From: Bacilli bacterium
Lineage (GTDB): Bacteria > Bacillota_I > Bacilli_A > RF39 > UBA660
Direction of reading: 5' to 3'
DNA length: 64,000 nucleotides
NCBI GenBank assembly: GCA_017964405.1
Contig: JAGCSA010000028.1
Span: 2,282 to 66,281, forward strand
The notes under the pieces were generated by a model, which saw only the letters and a program-made list of their open reading frames with translations, had not been told where the DNA came from and did no database searches. This document shows positions 58,526 to 64,000 of this stretch, piece by piece (the first letter of the stretch is position 1; each line of letters begins with the position of its first letter). Made by a program: the position numbers and the translations under genes.

Positions 58526-59296
58526 TTAATGAAAGAATCCTCCAGCAAAATTTCTACCTTTCTTGCTTGGATCGACTCTAGCAGCACTATTGGAATAAAA
58601 ATTAGGATCCGTTATGGTATCAAATGGACTCATCATAATGCCTCCCACTCTTCTCTCTCTCAATTGTTTTAAGACAACTTTTCTTAAATCAATATGATAA
58701 AGACCATCTTCTCCTAATGTAATAGCATCCTTCCATGCCTCCTCATCCGTTGCCCACTTTGGATAACTATCATAAGTCCAAGTTCTTCCTGCACAAGCAG
58801 AAACATAGGTAAGAATTTCTTCATCACGAGAAGCATGTGCTTCTTCCAAGGCATCAATCACTAACATTGGCATCTTTTTATCAATCAAATCCGCACTACA
58901 GTGACCAACGGCCAAAGCTTGATGACGAGGATCATATGCCATAATAACAGGGCAATCTGCAACAGGATGTCCAATGACAACTCCAGGAGTTCGATCTGTA
59001 ACAATTAAGATATCCTCTGGAATATCGGTCCATCCCTCTGGATTGGCTTCTACATAGTCTTGTGTAATTTCAAACCATGTACCTCTCTTATGTTCTTGGT
59101 CAGCCATAAACATCTTATGACCATCAAATCCCGCAACACGTCCTACCATAAGACGTCTCTTTAAAAAGGCACTCCATCTCATCTCAGGAGTATAACTTTC
59201 TGGATAAAAAGACTGCGAAGCATTCATATTACCATAATGATTCCCTGTTTCTAATATTGTTAAAGCTTGATTTCCTAAGATAATATTTCTAACCAT
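58526..59296 (-). CDS. pgeF: YfiH/PgeF family (laccase-domain purine nucleoside phosphorylase / peptidoglycan editing factor)
   Basis: GHPVADCPVIM and GHCSA motifs. Confidence 0.7.
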   Translation of the reverse strand: MVRNIILGNQALTILETGNHYGNMNASQSFYPESYTPEMRWSAFLKRRLMVGRVAGFDGHKMFMADQEHKRGTWFEITQDYVEANPEGWTDIPEDILIVTDRTPGVVIGHPVADCPVIMAYDPRHQALAVGHCSADLIDKKMPMLVIDALEEAHASRDEEILTYVSACAGRTWTYDSYPKWATDEEAWKDAITLGEDGLYHIDLRKVVLKQLRERRVGGIMMSPFDTITDPNFYSNSAARVDPSKKGRNFAGGFFH

Positions 59297-59348
59297 AGAC
59301 TCATCTCCAAACATGCTATATTATAACATATTCATACATACAAAACAA

Positions 59349-60098
59349 TTAAATCTCTTCAAGGATTTCATAACTTCTTGTAATTAAATCATCACTCTTA
59401 TCATTCACAATCTCTAAAGATCCAGAAGAAGATTCTTTTAATAAATGGTGAGATTCCAATTGACGTTTTACCTCTTGAGATACTCCTACGCATCCATCCA
59501 ATAATAAAGCATTTGGTAATACTTCTTGAATCTCTTTCTTAATCAAAGAATAATGCGTACAACCAAGTACAATCGAATCAGCATTATCTTGATAAGGAAG
59601 CAGTAAATCCTGAAGAAGGGCTTTTACTTTCTCCATTTCTCCCAACTCAATCAAATGGGCAAGATCTCCTCCTGATATATTAAATAATTCTTGATCTTTA
59701 TCCGTATAATCATGAATTAATTCCTGCACTCTTTTAGATTTTGTAGTATAAGGAGTGGAAAGAATAATCGTATGCTTACAATGAGAATCATAAGCAACTT
59801 TAATAGCAGGAACTGTCCCAACAAAAATCATTTGAGGATATAGTTCCCGTAACTTCTTCATACAAGAAGTAGTCGCTGTATTACAAGCAATCACAATAAT
59901 CTTACAATCTCTCTCTAATAGATAATCCACAATATGAGAAGTGATTTCAATTAATTCCTCTTCACTCTTTACTCCATAAGGATTATGAATACTATCTTCA
60001 TAAAATAAATAATCTTCATTCGGTAATAACTTCATCAATTCTTTTAAAACAGATAATCCACCTAATCCTGAATCAAATACACCTATTTTTCCATTCAT
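59349..60098 (-). CDS. murI: Glutamate racemase
   Basis: GVFDSGLGGLSVL and CNTATT motifs. Confidence 0.9.
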   Translation of the reverse strand: MNGKIGVFDSGLGGLSVLKELMKLLPNEDYLFYEDSIHNPYGVKSEEELIEITSHIVDYLLERDCKIIVIACNTATTSCMKKLRELYPQMIFVGTVPAIKVAYDSHCKHTIILSTPYTTKSKRVQELIHDYTDKDQELFNISGGDLAHLIELGEMEKVKALLQDLLLPYQDNADSIVLGCTHYSLIKKEIQEVLPNALLLDGCVGVSQEVKRQLESHHLLKESSSGSLEIVNDKSDDLITRSYEILEEI

Positions 60099-60101
60099 AT
60101 T

Positions 60102-61451
60102 CTACCTCTTCAATTGAGAGACTTTCTCTTTAAACTCTGCTCCACGAACTTCACATTCTTTATATTGATCCCAACTAGCAGAAGCAGGAGAAAGTAACAC
60201 AACATCTCCCTCTTTGGCAATCAAAGCAGCTTGATCAAATCCATTTGACAAATGTTCATAAACATAAACCTCTTTGGAAAGAGATTCTGCATACTCGCGA
60301 ACTCTTTCTCGACATTGACCAATCGCAATAATCGCTTTCACATGCTTCATATAAGGAGTTAAATCCTCAAAATTTTGTCCTCTTTCTAATCCCCCTAAGA
60401 ATAAGATAATGGGTCTTTCAAAAGAAGATAAGGCAATCTGTGTACATTTAATATTCGTAGCTTCTGTATCATTATAATATTCTACTCCACAAACAGTATC
60501 TACGTATTCCAAACGATGTTCTACCCCCTTAAATTCCGAAATTGTATCAACAATATCTTCATTAGAGACATCAAATTCTTTCGCAACCATAATCGCAGCC
60601 ATACAATTTTCTACATTATGCATTCCTTTAATCTTAATAGAATCAATACTCATAATCTTCTCATCATAATAATAGATATCTCTTCCCTCTAAATGACATC
60701 CCTCAATTTTCTCTTTAGAAGAAAAATACTTTTTCTCGGAAGATACATTCTTTAATTCTTCCATAACATCCCTATTATCATGATTTAAAATCGCAATATC
60801 ATGAGAATCTTGTTGATAAAACATTTTGGCTTTGACTTCTTTATAATGCTCATAAGTCTTCATAAAATCAATATGGGCTTCACTGAAATTCGTAACAACC
60901 CCTACATGAGGATGAAATTCTTTCAAATTCTCTCCCTGTTGACAAGATACTTCCATCACAAGAATCGTATCCGAATGAATTTGATTTAAAACTCCACTTA
61001 AAGGAAATCCAATATTACCCGCTAAAACAACGCGGTCCCCATAAGCATGATGAAGAATTTCATATGAAAGAGTCGTTGTCGTTGTCTTACCATTCGTACC
61101 AGTAATTCCTACAATTTGGACTCCTTCTGGTAAGAGACGATAAGCCATCTCAACTTCATTAATCACTTCAACACCCAATTCTCTTGCTTTTAATACATAG
61201 GGATGGTCAATCGGAACCCCCGGATTCTTAATCAAATAATCAAAAGAAGAATCTAAAAGATCTTCTGGATGAGAACCTAAAACTAGTTCTACTCCTAATT
61301 CTCTCAATTCTAAAATCTTATCTGCTTCAAGCTTTTCCTCTTCTTTCGCATCATTTAATAGTACTTGATTTCCTCTTTGAATTAATAACTTCGCAGCTTC
61401 ATAACCACTTCTCGCAAATCCTAAGATTAATATTTTTTTATGTTCAAACAT
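60102..61451 (-). CDS. murD: UDP-N-acetylmuramoyl-L-alanine--D-glutamate ligase
   Basis: GITGTNGKTTTTTL P-loop; 449 aa Mur ligase. Confidence 0.9.
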   Translation of the reverse strand: MFEHKKILILGFARSGYEAAKLLIQRGNQVLLNDAKEEEKLEADKILELRELGVELVLGSHPEDLLDSSFDYLIKNPGVPIDHPYVLKARELGVEVINEVEMAYRLLPEGVQIVGITGTNGKTTTTTLSYEILHHAYGDRVVLAGNIGFPLSGVLNQIHSDTILVMEVSCQQGENLKEFHPHVGVVTNFSEAHIDFMKTYEHYKEVKAKMFYQQDSHDIAILNHDNRDVMEELKNVSSEKKYFSSKEKIEGCHLEGRDIYYYDEKIMSIDSIKIKGMHNVENCMAAIMVAKEFDVSNEDIVDTISEFKGVEHRLEYVDTVCGVEYYNDTEATNIKCTQIALSSFERPIILFLGGLERGQNFEDLTPYMKHVKAIIAIGQCRERVREYAESLSKEVYVYEHLSNGFDQAALIAKEGDVVLLSPASASWDQYKECEVRGAEFKEKVSQLKR

Positions 61452-61565
61452 AGAATCACCACTTTTATTATACTACAATCTGTAAAGAAAAATCATTTAT
61501 TATTCTTTATTGAAAGATGAGAAGAATTTATGATATAATGAACTAGAATAAGGAAGTGGCTAGAG

Positions 61566-62816
61566 ATGAAAATAGTGAAATTAAATCCAGCACAATTTGA
61601 TCGTTTTGCTTCAAACCATCGCTATCGTAACTATTACCAAACCTCTATGTATGGTTCAGTGATGTCAAAATTTGGTTATCGATGCCAATACCTTGGAGTA
61701 GTCAATGAATACAATAAACTAATTGGTGCTTCTCTTGTCATTTATAAAGAAGTATGGAGAAAAAATAAAATTGCCTATGCTCCAAGAGGATTCTTATTCA
61801 ATTATGAAGACAAAGAACAAACAGAAGAACTTGCCAGTCTATTAAAAAGAACACTAGGAAAACAAAACTTTATGTTAATGAGAATGGATCCCTTCATTCC
61901 TCTATCCGTAAGAGATACAGAAGGAAATATTATGAATACCAATGATGCAGGAAATGATATTATTCATAATCTAGAAGATGCAGGATTCGATTATCTAGGA
62001 AAAAACTTATATTTTGAAACAGAAAAACCTAGATGGGAAGCTCTTGTTATGTTACAAAGAGATGTAAGAGACATCTTCGCAAGACTAGATAAAAGAACAA
62101 GAAATAAGATCAGAAAAGCAAAAGGAAATGGTCTAGTCGTTGTAAAAGATGAATCACAAAACATCAACCGTTTATACCAATATGTAGGAAAGAAAGATCA
62201 TAAACCATTATCTTTTTATCGAGAAATGGTTAATAACTTTGGAAAAGATATCGATATCTTCTACGCAAAATTACGAACAGAATCTTATATCGTAAATAGT
62301 AGAAGAAATTATGAAAAAGAACAAGAATATAATGATAATCTAGCAGAAAGAATTCAAGATATCAGCCTAGATCCAAAAGAAAGAGAAGCATTCTTAAATA
62401 AAAAGATGGAATCTGATAAATTAATTACTGCTTATAAAAACAGTCTATTAAAGGCAACAGATCTATTAAAACAAAGACCAGAAGGAATCATTGTCGCAGG
62501 AGCTATGGTGATTAAATATGATAATGCTGCATATATATTTACAGAAGGAGTAGATAGTTCCTATAGTGCGATTAGTGCAAGTACTTTAATGAAATGGCAA
62601 TTGATTGAAACCTATAATGAACAAGGATTTAAATATATCAATTTAAATGCAATCGTAGGAGACTTTGAAAATAAAAATCCAAAGAAAAATCCATATATTG
62701 GATTAAATGAATCAAAATTAGGTTTTAATGCAACAGTAACAGAATATATTGGAGAATTTGATATTGTATTAAATAGTTTCTCTTATAATCTATATAAAAA
62801 AGTAAATAAAGAATAA
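61566..62816 (+). CDS. FemAB-family peptidoglycan cross-bridge aminoacyltransferase, second paralog
   Basis: YAPRGFLFNYEDKEQ conserved block shared with 18083-19411; central coiled-coil. Confidence 0.75.
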   Translation: MKIVKLNPAQFDRFASNHRYRNYYQTSMYGSVMSKFGYRCQYLGVVNEYNKLIGASLVIYKEVWRKNKIAYAPRGFLFNYEDKEQTEELASLLKRTLGKQNFMLMRMDPFIPLSVRDTEGNIMNTNDAGNDIIHNLEDAGFDYLGKNLYFETEKPRWEALVMLQRDVRDIFARLDKRTRNKIRKAKGNGLVVVKDESQNINRLYQYVGKKDHKPLSFYREMVNNFGKDIDIFYAKLRTESYIVNSRRNYEKEQEYNDNLAERIQDISLDPKEREAFLNKKMESDKLITAYKNSLLKATDLLKQRPEGIIVAGAMVIKYDNAAYIFTEGVDSSYSAISASTLMKWQLIETYNEQGFKYINLNAIVGDFENKNPKKNPYIGLNESKLGFNATVTEYIGEFDIVLNSFSYNLYKKVNKE

Positions 62817-62836
62817 GAAAACGTATAAAGAAAACT

Positions 62837-63904
62837 TTATACGTTTTTTTCATCATCATATACAACTTCTACAACATTCGTAAAATATGGTTGTCCAATC
62901 CGATCTGGCTTAGAAGAATCATCTACAATTAAACCCGTTTTCGTATCAATCTTGGTTAAACACATTCCGACATTGCAATCCGAATCACAAACATGTGCAA
63001 CCGTAATACAATCATTATCTTTATAGACGATCATTCCCACATGACCCTTCATATAAGCAATATCTCCTGCTTTCACACGGCCATATACACCTTCTGCTGT
63101 AATAGACTCACAATTTCCTAGATTATAATAAGACTTTTCGCCTTTCCCAGAATTGGTCGTCGTAAAACAATCAATCGAATCCGTAGAGACTCCTCCATTA
63201 TAGAGAGCCCAATTCACAAACCCAGAACAATCCATTCCATAAACTCGTTGCTCATTAAAATGATTATCATATTGAATGGTACCCCAATCAGGATTAACAC
63301 CATCCTGATTTTTTTGATGTCCTGCTGCCCAGAAATAAGAAATATGAGGGAACTCGGTTGCTAAAAACATAGCATCCGCCACTACCTTTAAACGAATTTT
63401 AGATAATTTATCATTCATTTCATGGAAAGCATCATTATAATAAGTAGTCTCATATCCTGGAAGCAATATATCTTTGGAGATTACTTCATTTAAAGGAGTA
63501 GTTCCATTCCCAAATTTCCGATGAAGATAATCAGAAAACAACTGAATACTCATCGATTCAAATCCTTTTTCTTCATGTTCATCAATCATATAAATCCCAT
63601 CAAATAATTTTAATTCTCTTTTATCCCCAAGTCCTAAGGAATACTCAATACTAGCATCCAAAGACTGCTCCATATCAGAAACTAATGAATCAATTCCAAG
63701 AGAAACAGCATCTGTATCCTGATACAAAGAATCAGCTGAAATACCATCAAAACAACCATCATGCATAGAACTGACATTCAAAATTTGAGAAACAGCACTA
63801 TCCAAAGTATTGAACACATTCTCTTGTCCTTTTAAACGACTAAAATCAGAAAGAGAAGTAATGGATTGTGTTAATAGATTATAATCTACGTAAAGGCTAG
63901 ACAT
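62837..63904 (-). CDS. LXG/WXG-like N-terminal helical domain fused to NlpC/P60 endopeptidase, third family member
   Basis: N-terminus MSSLYVDYNLLTQSITSLSDF...; C-terminal GMDCSGFVNWALYNGG...GHVGMIV...H. Confidence 0.6.
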   Translation of the reverse strand: MSSLYVDYNLLTQSITSLSDFSRLKGQENVFNTLDSAVSQILNVSSMHDGCFDGISADSLYQDTDAVSLGIDSLVSDMEQSLDASIEYSLGLGDKRELKLFDGIYMIDEHEEKGFESMSIQLFSDYLHRKFGNGTTPLNEVISKDILLPGYETTYYNDAFHEMNDKLSKIRLKVVADAMFLATEFPHISYFWAAGHQKNQDGVNPDWGTIQYDNHFNEQRVYGMDCSGFVNWALYNGGVSTDSIDCFTTTNSGKGEKSYYNLGNCESITAEGVYGRVKAGDIAYMKGHVGMIVYKDNDCITVAHVCDSDCNVGMCLTKIDTKTGLIVDDSSKPDRIGQPYFTNVVEVVYDDEKNV

Positions 63905-63907
63905 CTA

Positions 63908-64000
63908 TATCATCCCCTTTACTTGATTATATTTATTTTGATAATAAGTAATAGACTCCTTACAAGCACTCATATCATGACTCAAAGAAGAGCGATAACT
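63908..64000 (-). CDS. 3' end of an upstream ORF continuing beyond the window (stop abuts ATG of 62837-63904)
   Basis: In-frame ...SYRSSLSHDMSACKESITYYQNKYNQVKGMI-stop; TAG immediately precedes the next ATG. Confidence 0.3.

Noticed and set aside
1-64000. CRISPR arrays, IS elements/transposases, rRNA and tRNA genes
   Set aside because: No direct-repeat/spacer arrays, no transposase- or integrase-like ORFs, and no rRNA or cloverleaf tRNA signatures were seen by eye. A tRNAscan or Infernal run would be needed to exclude small RNAs fully.

Overview
AT-rich (~30% GC) Firmicutes chromosomal segment with Bacillus-like core synteny and no rRNA, tRNA, CRISPR, IS or prophage genes detected. Core blocks: engB-nrnA-ackA; thiI-ezrA-rpsD; tyrS and leuS, each behind a T-box leader; ytxG-ytxH; trmB; cdaA-cdaR; fhs; ctpA; secG-rnr-smpB-ssrA(tmRNA); murD-murI-pgeF; two FemAB paralogs. 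Embedded in this backbone are two loci of small ESAT-6/WXG100-like proteins encoded behind larger proteins. Those larger proteins carry an N-terminal WXG/LXG-like helical domain fused either to an NlpC/P60 peptidoglycan endopeptidase domain (two tandem paralogs at 20.4-22.8 kb, a third at 62.8-63.9 kb) or to a 754-aa protein built from 24-aa tandem repeats with Gly/Ala-rich hydrophobic segments (49.3-51.6 kb). This looks like a type VII(b)-style substrate/effector repertoire targeting the cell wall, but no EssC/EsaA/EssB machinery lies inside the window. Other notable items: a thioester-domain adhesin with a non-canonical VPDTS sorting signal plus dedicated sortase; an engB frameshift in a T5 homopolymer; tandem acetate-kinase paralogs flanking a PrsW-like protease; a Fic-fold protein lacking the catalytic His; and an unusual density of cell-wall hydrolases (four NlpC/P60 domains, a possible fifth papain-fold domain, one VanY/M15).
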